Part shown: positions 31,816-40,243 of the stretch, piece after piece
How the letters are laid out: each line of letters opens with the position of its first letter
How positions within the stretch are numbered: the first letter of the stretch is position 1
DNA from: an uncultured virus (IMG/VR IMGVR_UViG_3300025103_000005)
Lineage: Duplodnaviria > Heunggongvirae > Uroviricota > Caudoviricetes
Strand: one strand, 5' to 3'
Virus record (IMG/VR): IMGVR_UViG_3300025103_000005
DNA length: 64,000 nucleotides
Notes under the pieces: model-generated
Database searches by the model: none
Told to the model about the DNA's origin: nothing
Seen by the model: the letters and a program-made list of their open reading frames with translations, nothing else
Program-made: the position numbers and the translations under genes

Positions 31816-32064
31816 TCACTCACTTTCCTTCAATTTTAGTAGCAATTTACGGGTTTCTTTCATGTATATTCTCGCTCTCTCGGTTATGACTCGGCGGGTG
31901 ATGTTATTCCACAAAGCACCACATTCATTACAACTAATAACTGTTGATTTGTATTCTTCTATATCTGAATCTTCAACAAGATATTCTTTAACCATTTCAG
32001 AAGCACAATTGAAACAATTATCCATGCCCTCATCAATGTTATTCTCAACATACAGATATTTCAT
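31816..32064 (-). CDS. Zinc-ribbon protein
   Basis: CFNC...CNECG. The first 13 codons lie inside a 47-bp direct repeat. Confidence 0.65.
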   Translation of the reverse strand: MKYLYVENNIDEGMDNCFNCASEMVKEYLVEDSDIEEYKSTVISCNECGALWNNITRRVITERARIYMKETRKLLLKLKESE

Positions 32065-32321
32065 TCACTCACCTCCACGTATTCAGGTGGCTTTACACTC
32101 TTACCAAAGCACCAACAGTTGTGTTTTTCGGTGTGGTCATCGTTATTGTCTTCCATCCAATGAGTTATCCCCATGAATTGATATGGTGCATTGAGATTAT
32201 GACCACAAGCAGGGCAAGGATGATAATTATGCAAAACCCAATGGCTTGTGGTAGGCTCGGTTACATGGCCGCACATACAACCATATACGATTATGTTGCT
32301 TCTTTCTTCTTCATCACTCAT
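32061..32321 (-). CDS. Zinc-finger protein
   Basis: CMCG...CPACG. Probable start MSDEEE at 32321 via an ATGA overlap. Confidence 0.6.
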   Translation of the reverse strand: MSDEEERSNIIVYGCMCGHVTEPTTSHWVLHNYHPCPACGHNLNAPYQFMGITHWMEDNNDDHTEKHNCWCFGKSVKPPEYVEVSE

Positions 32322-32416
32322 GCATACCAACCTTCCTTAAATCTATTCAATTCCTTTAGCGAAGTGAAGGTTCGTATCCCCTCATCAATGTTATTCTCAA
32401 CATACAGATATTTCAT
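32318..32416 (-). CDS. 32-aa micro-ORF sharing its N-terminus (MKYLYVENNIDEG) with 31816..32064
   Basis: Starts right after the thermosome stop and ends with an ATGA overlap into the next gene. Confidence 0.4.
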   Translation of the reverse strand: MKYLYVENNIDEGIRTFTSLKELNRFKEGWYA

Positions 32417-33949
32417 TCACTCACCCCTCTTGGCAATCATGTCGTCAATCTTGAGGATTGAGGTTGTGACTTCGGTTGCGCTCAGAACTGCTTGTCTAAC
32501 CAACGATACAGGCTCCATCACGTTATTGTCTAACATCGAGACGATGCCCTCATGCTCTAAATCCGGCCCCATATCAGTCACCCCGTCTTGTATAGAGTGT
32601 CTGAGTGCAAGGATGCAGTCGAGGGGGTCTTGGCCCCCATTCTCCGCTATCGTGGCTGGAATTATCTCCAACGAGTCAGCAAATGCTTCTATCGCCATCT
32701 GCGCTCTTCCCGACACTGAAGCGGCTTCGGAACGAAGATGGGATGCCATAGCCGCGTATGTGCTACCGCCTCCCGGCACTACACTGTCGCCATTCTTCAC
32801 CAATGATACTACACCGAGCGCATCATCAAATCCTCGCTCTATCTCATCGAGTGTAGTGGTGGTTGCACCTCGCAATACAAGCGTGGATTGGTCTGAATCA
32901 ACCACTCCTTGCACGAAAATGTAATTCACATCATAATGTCGCTCTTTGTGGACCTTTGCCTGTGCGGCGCATTCTATGTCCGAAGGGGTCTGAGCCACTG
33001 AAAGGCCAAGAGTCGCTGAGAGCGCACGCATTGTGCTTTGTGGGAGGTTTCTGATAGTATGGACATTGTTCTTTCGCAGATAGTTTACTACGCTGTCTAA
33101 CGCACCGTCTCTTACAAAGACCAAACCTCCTTCCGGTAAGTGTTCGCTTATCTGTTTCGCTTGCTCCAACACTCCTTCATTGGTGGATGATTTGAATTGT
33201 GTATATCCCTGCATATCTAATTGGACAGTCACATTGTCTTCTGTCTTCTGTGGCTCAAGCCCTCCATTCAAAAGGACAATGTGTAAATCTCCATTTATCT
33301 CGTCTTCAATGACCAAATCTTTATTGATGATTGCTCCATTGAAGAGATACGAGTCTTTCAGGCTCCCGCCCGGAAGACATAGGACTCTTACTTTCTCGGC
33401 ATCTCCTGCCTTCTCCACCGCCGAGACGCACAGATGCGCTACGGTATCGAGCGCTGCATCAACAGTCTTTCCGGTTATCGCCGTCTTTGCGACTGCGTAT
33501 TCGGCATGGCTGTTTGTTTCTAAGTGACTATCACTCACATACGAGTGTTCTGTATTCTTCAAAGCAATTTCATTCATTAGGTAATCCACTGCCATAGTAG
33601 CAGCATCGTTGTAGCCTTTACATACAACATTAGGGTGAAGCCCTTTATTCAGAAGCGCCGCACTGTTAGTCAACAATTCACCAGCAAGCACAACGGCTGT
33701 GGTAGTGCCGTCGTAGCACAGGCTTTCCTGTGTTTGCGAACACTCGATTATCATCTTCCCAGCGGGATGACTTACGTCGAGTTCACGGAGAATTGTTGCT
33801 CCGTCGTTGGTCACGATGGTGTTCCCACCATCGTCAACCAGCAATTTGTCGCGCCCAAGCGGCCCAAGCGTGGTCTTCACCGTTTTCACAATCGTCTTTA
33901 CTGCCTCTATGTTGCTTCTTAATGTCGTTTCACTATCTCCTTCTGTCAT
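32417..33949 (-). CDS. ths: Group II chaperonin (thermosome subunit)
   Basis: Motifs TLGPLGRDKLLVD, VTNDGATIL, DGTTTAVVLAGELL, LVLRG, VVPGGG, V.EP..V, ILKIDDMI. Confidence 0.95.
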   Translation of the reverse strand: MTEGDSETTLRSNIEAVKTIVKTVKTTLGPLGRDKLLVDDGGNTIVTNDGATILRELDVSHPAGKMIIECSQTQESLCYDGTTTAVVLAGELLTNSAALLNKGLHPNVVCKGYNDAATMAVDYLMNEIALKNTEHSYVSDSHLETNSHAEYAVAKTAITGKTVDAALDTVAHLCVSAVEKAGDAEKVRVLCLPGGSLKDSYLFNGAIINKDLVIEDEINGDLHIVLLNGGLEPQKTEDNVTVQLDMQGYTQFKSSTNEGVLEQAKQISEHLPEGGLVFVRDGALDSVVNYLRKNNVHTIRNLPQSTMRALSATLGLSVAQTPSDIECAAQAKVHKERHYDVNYIFVQGVVDSDQSTLVLRGATTTTLDEIERGFDDALGVVSLVKNGDSVVPGGGSTYAAMASHLRSEAASVSGRAQMAIEAFADSLEIIPATIAENGGQDPLDCILALRHSIQDGVTDMGPDLEHEGIVSMLDNNVMEPVSLVRQAVLSATEVTTSILKIDDMIAKRGE

Positions 33950-34119
33950 TTTTCTTCCCCCTGTAATCTTTCTAAGTCCTCTTCAAAGCACTCTTGAGTG
34001 CAATATCCTACTGTAAATCCAATCTCACTATTTGATGGCTTGTCGCAAACCCAACAGAAAAACAATATGTTGGCTCCTTCGGGAATAACTTCGTGTAGTA
34101 GGAATCCTTCATCATCCAT
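33946..34119 (-). CDS. 57-aa zinc-finger microprotein (not in ORF track)
   Basis: MDDEGFLLHE...CWVCDKP...YCTQECFEE...GEEK, with TAATG and ATGA overlaps on either side. Confidence 0.6.
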   Translation of the reverse strand: MDDEGFLLHEVIPEGANILFFCWVCDKPSNSEIGFTVGYCTQECFEEDLERLQGEEK

Positions 34120-34397
34120 TATTCCTCTTCCTCCGATGGGTAGTCTTTTTTGATGGGGTTGGCATCTTCCGCTTCGGCTAATATCTCATATGTCTCCTTC
34201 AATGTAGCCGGTTTTCGCAAATACGGATAGCCTACTTCTTCTGCAAGTTTAGATGCTACCCTACTTATGTCGTATAGATTTCTTCCACCCTGTATCATGC
34301 TGAACAATATGTCTAATGCTCGCTTGAGTTTGTAGTTCTCGTCGTCTGTCGTATCGTCTATTTCGGGCAATTCGCCTCTTGGTTTGTATTCTACCAT
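34119..34397 (-). CDS. Hypothetical protein
   Basis: 92-aa ORF coupled to both neighbours. Confidence 0.6.
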   Translation of the reverse strand: MVEYKPRGELPEIDDTTDDENYKLKRALDILFSMIQGGRNLYDISRVASKLAEEVGYPYLRKPATLKETYEILAEAEDANPIKKDYPSEEEE

Positions 34398-34999
34398 CCT
34401 ATCTCAACCTCCACTATGTCTCCGGTCTCAAATGACCTTGACTTCAATACACCATTGTCTTTCCCATACTTGTATAGGTCATACGTTAGTTTGGCGTCTT
34501 TGAGGCAGTAATCACATACTTCCTCATATTTTCCTTCTCTCCAGCCTATGGGCGCATCAACGCTTTTCATGCTCTTGCTTTCTCCCAAATTGTGAGTGGA
34601 GAGTGATTGAAGAGATGACTCAAGTTTACCGTATGATAACGACGCCTTCTGAAAGAGTAGTTTAGTATCAATCACATTCTCAGATTTCTGCATTACATCT
34701 CCTATCGCCCAGCAGTCGAGTGACTGCTTGAGGACAGGAAAGTCGAATCCGATAATGTTGTGACCGAGCATTTTTCCGCCTTTCGTGACGTGGTCGCTTA
34801 TGTGGTCGCCAAGAACCCTTGGATGAAGGTCATGTGTTTCACACCCGTCGAGAGTCACGTCTGCTTTCGTGAAGATGTGTCCTTCCGTTCCATTCCATGT
34901 GGCTACGACTGATGTGTCGAAGAGGGCTTTGTTATCCCAACCGCCAATCTCCCATGAGTAATTGCTCGTCTCTATGTCTAATGCCATTATGTCCGTCAT
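34391..34999 (-). CDS. DEDD-family (RNase H-fold) 3'-5' exonuclease
   Basis: ExoI LDIET, ExoII GHNIIGFD, ExoIII YCLKD. Likely start is MTDIMALD at 34999. Confidence 0.85.
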   Translation of the reverse strand: MTDIMALDIETSNYSWEIGGWDNKALFDTSVVATWNGTEGHIFTKADVTLDGCETHDLHPRVLGDHISDHVTKGGKMLGHNIIGFDFPVLKQSLDCWAIGDVMQKSENVIDTKLLFQKASLSYGKLESSLQSLSTHNLGESKSMKSVDAPIGWREGKYEEVCDYCLKDAKLTYDLYKYGKDNGVLKSRSFETGDIVEVEIGW

Positions 35000-35130
35000 T
35001 CCTGCATCATCTCCCTTGGGTATGCTGCACACATACATAGTTCGAGTTCATACTCTCCATCAACATTTTGGTAGCATACTACACCGCGCCCTTTGCATTC
35101 GACGCACTTCTTATGCTTTCTTACTGACAT
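34996..35130 (-). CDS. 44-aa CxxCxGxG zinc-finger microprotein (not in ORF track)
   Basis: MSVRKHKKCVECKGRGVVCYQNVDGEYELELCMCAAYPREMMQE, with an ATGA overlap into the exonuclease. Confidence 0.6.
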   Translation of the reverse strand: MSVRKHKKCVECKGRGVVCYQNVDGEYELELCMCAAYPREMMQE

Positions 35131-36523
35131 TCTTGAACTCCTCCTTCAGTCGCACATACCCTGTAGTGCCATCTTTAGCATTATCATACAATTTCACTGC
35201 CCATTTCGCATAGTGAGCGTAGCCTGTGCCACGAGTGACTCCTGTTTGTGATAGGTAAGCGCCAATTACTCCGTTCTTTTTGCGCCATCCGTCGCCCTTG
35301 TTCCCAAGTTCCACAGACTCGGTGGCTTGGTAAGCCACTATCCACTTGTTCCTTTGTGTTGCTCTTTCAGCCACTTTCGGTCCAATCTCGACTTCACCTT
35401 CAAGCCACTGTATGAGATTCTTGAATAGGTCATACAGAATCTCCGTTGCCATATCCACGTGGTCGCCCGTCACAATCCATTCATTATCCAGCATAGCCAT
35501 GTGCGTCGATAGGATAGCCGTGTAGTTCTCCATAGCGGGTATGAAGGATGCCACTACATCGCTGATGCCCGGTCCTAATCCATCCATCAATTCGTAGTAG
35601 TCGTCTATCGAACCAGCAAGTGCGGCATAGAATGTTCCCTCATCTGCACTGAACATCTCAGTCATACAATCCTGTAATATGGTTTCTTGCTCCGCTCTCG
35701 ACATGGCATCCCATTCAACGAAGGAGGTTTCCGTGAGTTCAAGCACCTTGTCTCTTAATCTCTTTTCCAATGAGACGAAGTATTCCACTATCTCATCGTA
35801 AGACACTTTCATTTTAGGCACGCTTTTGTAGCACTTTTCCGCTCTCATTTGACTGACGTTTTTCCTTCTATCCATGCTCCAATTCGACCAATATAGCAGA
35901 ACTCGTTGGAAGATTCCTTTCGTCAACACATATTCCTTGACGCCAGCAGGTGGATATGTGGTAATCCACAGTGATACCAGCGATTCAGTTTCGATTCGTC
36001 CTTGTTTAGTATGCTTGACGAGGACGTTATTGTTGCTTCCAACCGGATTACACGCCGATTGAAGATACAGAACCGTCTCTTGGCTATGCTTGTTTGGATT
36101 GAGGATGATTGAACCCTCATCGAAGTTCAACGCCTTTCGTCCGTTCAAGAAGCCTTCTTTTAATTCGACTTCCTTGTTTCCATCCACCAATGTTTCCTCG
36201 AACCCGCCTATCAATCCTGCGTCAGTTCCTGTGGTATAGAGGTCGGTGGGAATCCCCACGTCCTTCAATACGTCACCTACAAACTCCCATGCGATTGACT
36301 TACCCGTTCTGCTTGACTGAATCCAAAACGAATGCACACGTGGGTCCAAGTGGGTTGCCCCCCAAGGTATACGCACGTATGGCACTGCTAATTGGCCCTG
36401 CACAAAGAAGAACGATAGCATCGCTGGTATATCGTTGTCCATTGATATGTTCCCAAAGTGCTTGACGTAGCCGTCAAACACGGAGAACTTCTTCACTGCT
36501 TCATATTCACTTGCTTTCTTCAT
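35111..36523 (-). CDS. Divergent MCM-like AAA+ ATPase, putative replicative helicase
   Basis: Walker A-like SSRTGKS, TGTDAGLIGG (cf. MCM S.AGL), Walker B LNFDE, arginine-finger-like IFQR, and C-terminal VTGDHV..A. Confidence 0.65.
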   Translation of the reverse strand: MKKASEYEAVKKFSVFDGYVKHFGNISMDNDIPAMLSFFFVQGQLAVPYVRIPWGATHLDPRVHSFWIQSSRTGKSIAWEFVGDVLKDVGIPTDLYTTGTDAGLIGGFEETLVDGNKEVELKEGFLNGRKALNFDEGSIILNPNKHSQETVLYLQSACNPVGSNNNVLVKHTKQGRIETESLVSLWITTYPPAGVKEYVLTKGIFQRVLLYWSNWSMDRRKNVSQMRAEKCYKSVPKMKVSYDEIVEYFVSLEKRLRDKVLELTETSFVEWDAMSRAEQETILQDCMTEMFSADEGTFYAALAGSIDDYYELMDGLGPGISDVVASFIPAMENYTAILSTHMAMLDNEWIVTGDHVDMATEILYDLFKNLIQWLEGEVEIGPKVAERATQRNKWIVAYQATESVELGNKGDGWRKKNGVIGAYLSQTGVTRGTGYAHYAKWAVKLYDNAKDGTTGYVRLKEEFKNVSKKA

Positions 36524-36627
36524 TTTCTTTTCTCTCCCCTTTTCTCCTGTCCGAGTATTCCTTCGTCCCGTCTATACACTCGTATTTAATTCTCCCTGTT
36601 TAGACATTACTTCGGAATAATCGTATT

Positions 36628-36650
36628 TACTATCTTCGTTTAAATACCAA
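36628..36650 (-). promoter_or_regulatory. Conserved viral promoter motif TTGGTATTTAAACGAAGATAGTA, copy 1
   Basis: Identical 23-mer found five times. This copy is intergenic, about 105 nt upstream of the MCM-like gene. Confidence 0.8.
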
Positions 36651-36651
36651 A

Positions 36652-37332
36652 TCAATTGAACACCTTCCTTTCGACGTGAACAGGAGATTCGCTAGTTAAT
36701 GCCTTGATGATTTTCTTTGCTGACTTGTCGCCCAACCCTTTCACCTTCTTGAGTGAGTCTAAGAAAAGCATCTCTTCAATAGAGCCACATTCCTTGAGTA
36801 ATCTATCAGCCATGACTGAACCTATGCCGGGTATGCACAGAAGTATGTCCTTCCGCACATCGTTTGTGCTGACCCTACGTATTCCCTGTGCGCCATGTTG
36901 AGACGCTGGCTTGTGGAGTTTGTTGTGTAGTTTCACCACGAATGAGGCGGCTTCACTGACGTTTGGAGTAAACAAGACTTGGCAGTCAAAATCTGCCATA
37001 GTGCGCGCTATGAGTCCTACCATCTTACTTTGGATGCGGCTGTATGAATGCTTCTTGTTCATTTTGACGTAGGCTGATATACTGCCGTGTATCAATAAGA
37101 AGAAGCGTTCGTAATTAGCATCCATGTTATCCAATTGCTTCCACAGGTGTCCGGTGTCGCAAGAATGGAGGAAGTCGCTAACCGATTTGGCTTCGATGCA
37201 CGCCGCACCTAACAGGTAGTCGCCAACCACAAGCGTCTTTCTTTCAACACACAAGCCTGCATTTTCGGCCTTGCGTATCACGGATTCGCATAATTTGCCT
37301 CTCTCGTTGGTGTCTATGAATAAGTCAGTCAT
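36652..37332 (-). CDS. ERCC4/XPF (Hef-like) structure-specific nuclease with HhH motifs
   Basis: IDTNE, LVVGDY, CIEAKSVSDFLHS...GHL..QL, plus HhH motifs IPGIGSVMA and VKGLGDKSA. Confidence 0.9.
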   Translation of the reverse strand: MTDLFIDTNERGKLCESVIRKAENAGLCVERKTLVVGDYLLGAACIEAKSVSDFLHSCDTGHLWKQLDNMDANYERFFLLIHGSISAYVKMNKKHSYSRIQSKMVGLIARTMADFDCQVLFTPNVSEAASFVVKLHNKLHKPASQHGAQGIRRVSTNDVRKDILLCIPGIGSVMADRLLKECGSIEEMLFLDSLKKVKGLGDKSAKKIIKALTSESPVHVERKVFN

Positions 37333-37336
37333 CCGT

Positions 37337-37552
37337 TCACCTCCTGTGCATCGCACACATATTCTTTTTTGATTCGGGAAGACGTCTAAGTTTGCACCTC
37401 TTCCCTTTCGCAGTTAAGGCGATGCAACGGTCTTCATCCTTTGGATAATTGAAACAAGGCTGACATAATTTTCTGAATGAGTATTTTCCATTCACTTTTC
37501 TTTGGGGGTTCCTATGGCTTAACTTGGCGCCACATTCACTACACTCTCTCAT
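37337..37552 (-). CDS. Cys-rich zinc-finger protein
   Basis: CSEC...CQPC...RCIALTAKGKRCK...C.MH, with an ATGA overlap with the primase stop. Confidence 0.65.
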   Translation of the reverse strand: MRECSECGAKLSHRNPQRKVNGKYSFRKLCQPCFNYPKDEDRCIALTAKGKRCKLRRLPESKKNMCAMHRR

Positions 37553-38652
37553 AGCAAATCCTCCGCAGTTCCATCGTAATACTTGCATTTACCTGCACAC
37601 AGGCCTTCTTGCATCAAAGTTTCACAACGTGCGTGAGCATAACCCTTGAACACTATGCTCTCGACTTGGGTTCTCGTTATGTTTTCGTTCCAATCGACCC
37701 ATCCTTGCTCCGAGCATATCTGCACAATCTGCTCAACGTGCTTCGGCAAGTCTTCTTTCGGCACATTATCAATCGGAAAGAACCAACGAAGCCTGTCTGC
37801 GAGATAGGACGCGAGATGGTATCTCGCTCTATGTGTTGGATTACCGGCTCCAAGAGCCGCTTGGACTATACAAGGCAGAACTTTGATTGAGCCTAACGAG
37901 ACTGTGGGTAAATCAGATACATTCTTTCGCTCTTTCTTGCTAAAGGCATTATTCTTCTTAGGCAGAATGAGTTTGAGTGGTTTGCTTCCTTGAGCGATGT
38001 AGCCACGTCTGTAATCCTGTGCTATTTCGTAAATAGTCTCGAAATCTAAGGACATGAGTTCATCACTTTCAATCGGTATAACCCAACACCCTCTCTTTGC
38101 GTTGTAGGAGTTAGGGATGCGTATCATTCCCGCAAGGTCGAATGCAACAGTAGGGTCGTTGCATGAGAGGTTGAGGTTATCATGCCAGCGCTTCATTAGC
38201 CTCCTTCCGGCACTTTTGATTCTCGTCACCTCCAATCCGTCTATTGGTAGGAATGTTTCAGATAAAGGAATATAGATGTGAAATCCACCTCCTGTGAAGA
38301 AGATGTAGTGTTGGTAGCCATTGTCCAACAGATGTTTGTGAAGCCGTTGCACTTGTTCCTGCATGAAGGAGAAATCAACATCAACACCTCCATTCTTGAA
38401 GTCCTTGCAGTCGAAGTCCATTACAAAGTGTCTGACTATTGCAGTATTGTATTCGACTCTATGGTGCTTGGGTGCTTGGGTGCTTCGATACCCATATGCG
38501 GTATGATACGCATTACCAGACCCGTTCTTTCCTTTCCAATACTTCTCCAACGCTTCCCAATCGCGGACGATATAACGCCCACCATGCTTACCGCTCGAAC
38601 TCACTTCGAGGACTTCTCTTGGGAAGTCGCGTATCAATGACGCAAACGCCAT
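37549..38652 (-). CDS. Archaeo-eukaryotic primase, catalytic PriS fused to a PriL-like Fe-S C-terminal domain
   Basis: AEP motifs DFD, TGGGFHIY and D...MIRIPNSYN. C-terminal LPCI...H.AR..LASYL...C..L...GLC...C matches the PriL Fe-S domain. Confidence 0.85.
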   Translation of the reverse strand: MAFASLIRDFPREVLEVSSSGKHGGRYIVRDWEALEKYWKGKNGSGNAYHTAYGYRSTQAPKHHRVEYNTAIVRHFVMDFDCKDFKNGGVDVDFSFMQEQVQRLHKHLLDNGYQHYIFFTGGGFHIYIPLSETFLPIDGLEVTRIKSAGRRLMKRWHDNLNLSCNDPTVAFDLAGMIRIPNSYNAKRGCWVIPIESDELMSLDFETIYEIAQDYRRGYIAQGSKPLKLILPKKNNAFSKKERKNVSDLPTVSLGSIKVLPCIVQAALGAGNPTHRARYHLASYLADRLRWFFPIDNVPKEDLPKHVEQIVQICSEQGWVDWNENITRTQVESIVFKGYAHARCETLMQEGLCAGKCKYYDGTAEDLL

Positions 38653-38653
38653 A

Positions 38654-38995
38654 TTACTCAGCCATATCCTTGTATCTTCGATGGATTTTTACTGCTAAGG
38701 ACGCTGGCCCTTCGGGAAACAAGTTCTTCTCAGTATACGTAAATGCGCGCTTGTCTATCACAACGTCAAGAACGTGAAAATACGGAACTTCTGCGTTCTC
38801 TTCGGTGTAATAATCAAGCGTCATCTGCTTGGTTAATTGGGCCTTGAAATCTCCCGTTCCCAACATACCGTAAGTTACATTCACTTCCATATTCTTATCC
38901 TCTCCCTTCAACATCTCAGACAAAATGTTTGCCGTTCTATTTACTTTTTCTTTCAGTTCACTCTTCTTCATTCTCATATTCGTTTCCTCCTTCAT
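38654..38995 (-). CDS. Hypothetical protein with PIP-box-like QMTLDYY
   Basis: ORF between primase and the Cas4-like nuclease. Confidence 0.55.
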   Translation of the reverse strand: MKEETNMRMKKSELKEKVNRTANILSEMLKGEDKNMEVNVTYGMLGTGDFKAQLTKQMTLDYYTEENAEVPYFHVLDVVIDKRAFTYTEKNLFPEGPASLAVKIHRRYKDMAE

Positions 38996-40064
38996 TCATT
39001 CCCCAAGCCGGACACAGTTCCATAAACGAACAGTAAGAGCAATTTGTCATTGTCTCTCCATTAGGTGTTCTCCATTCTCGTATTTTAGGTTCAAATGAAT
39101 CATATAGGTGCCCTTTCACAAGGTTCTGTATTTTTCTCATCGCAGTTCGAGGGGCGAATTGTGTCTTTCGTGTTCCGGTTTCTTCTAATTCCCATTCTGC
39201 TCTATCGCCTCCGTTCACATATCCTCTTGGGAACTCCCAAGCCCAATGTGTGATAGGAAGGAAATCACTGTATTCTCCTTCTTCAAGCATCATTCTGTAA
39301 ATCTGCATTTCCACTCTCATCTTAGTGGCAGTCTTCTTCTCTCGCCATTTACCTGTCTTAAGTTCCATCAGTATGAATCCGCCCTCTCCATCCGAGAAGA
39401 TGGTATCAATGAATCCTCGGAGATGGACAGGATATTTTTCGCCATCCACTTCCACCATAACGACGCCGTGCGCTGATACTTCGTTTCCTACAGGCATCCA
39501 ATCCATCATATCCATATCAGGAGTGGAGCAGACGAGAAATCTATCCCACTGCCAATCAAACCATTTTCGTATGACTACTTCTTCTCCAAATTGATATGGG
39601 AGTGGAGGTGTAGGTATCACTTGCCACAGAATATCCTTCGCAAGCATTTTCTTCCCTTCTTTTAGCAAGGCGCTGGCGACCTCAAGCGGAGTGCTATCGT
39701 CCGTTTTCTGATTCTGCGGACACGTCTCGTCGTAGCGATTGTGGTTCAGATTGTTGCAGATACATTCTGGCTCATGGGGAGGCTCATCCACGTTATCCCA
39801 GAAATACTCGACTATGCTATGCACGTTCGTTCCACGAATCATATCGTCGTTTTCTGGCTCGGAGAGGCGATAGATGTGCTTGAGTTTGTATTGATGAGGA
39901 CACCAATCATAGTCGTTGATAGACGATTTACTTGCCCTCAGTATCATATCCTTCATGTCGGGTGTCCAATTATAGCACGACCTGTTGTATGATTCAAGCA
40001 GTTTCGGCGTATGCGCTTCAGTGCGCCGCTCGAAGAAAGCCTCTTCATTCGGATTAAACTTCAT
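38958..40064 (-). CDS. Cas4/RecB-like PD-(D/E)XK nuclease with Fe-S cysteines
   Basis: N-terminal CPHQY, RGTNVH, GFID...ELKTG, Q..Y, and C-terminal CSYCSFMELC. Confidence 0.85.
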   Translation of the reverse strand: MKFNPNEEAFFERRTEAHTPKLLESYNRSCYNWTPDMKDMILRASKSSINDYDWCPHQYKLKHIYRLSEPENDDMIRGTNVHSIVEYFWDNVDEPPHEPECICNNLNHNRYDETCPQNQKTDDSTPLEVASALLKEGKKMLAKDILWQVIPTPPLPYQFGEEVVIRKWFDWQWDRFLVCSTPDMDMMDWMPVGNEVSAHGVVMVEVDGEKYPVHLRGFIDTIFSDGEGGFILMELKTGKWREKKTATKMRVEMQIYRMMLEEGEYSDFLPITHWAWEFPRGYVNGGDRAEWELEETGTRKTQFAPRTAMRKIQNLVKGHLYDSFEPKIREWRTPNGETMTNCSYCSFMELCPAWGMNEGGNEYENEEE

Positions 40065-40243
40065 TCAGAACACCCCTCACATCTCATATTGGTGAATGGT
40101 TTTCGACAGTTTGGACAAGTAGGCGCTCCATTTACCATATAGGTCGTAGTAAACCCATGCCATCCACATACACATTGCGATAACATTTCAATCACCAATG
40201 GGTCTTGGGTTTTTGTCTCCCAATTGCCTCTCCAATATCCCAA
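40061..40243 (-). CDS. Zinc-finger microprotein
   Basis: CVCG...CPNC...CEGC. Confidence 0.55.
   Translation of the reverse strand: MGYWRGNWETKTQDPLVIEMLSQCVCGWHGFTTTYMVNGAPTCPNCRKPFTNMRCEGCSE

Larger units (their letters stand above)
32027..32425. repeat. 47-bp perfect direct repeat (32027-32073 and 32379-32425)
   Basis: CCCTCATCAATGTTATTCTCAACATACAGATATTTCATTCACTCACC occurs twice, 352 bp apart. Confidence 0.95.
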
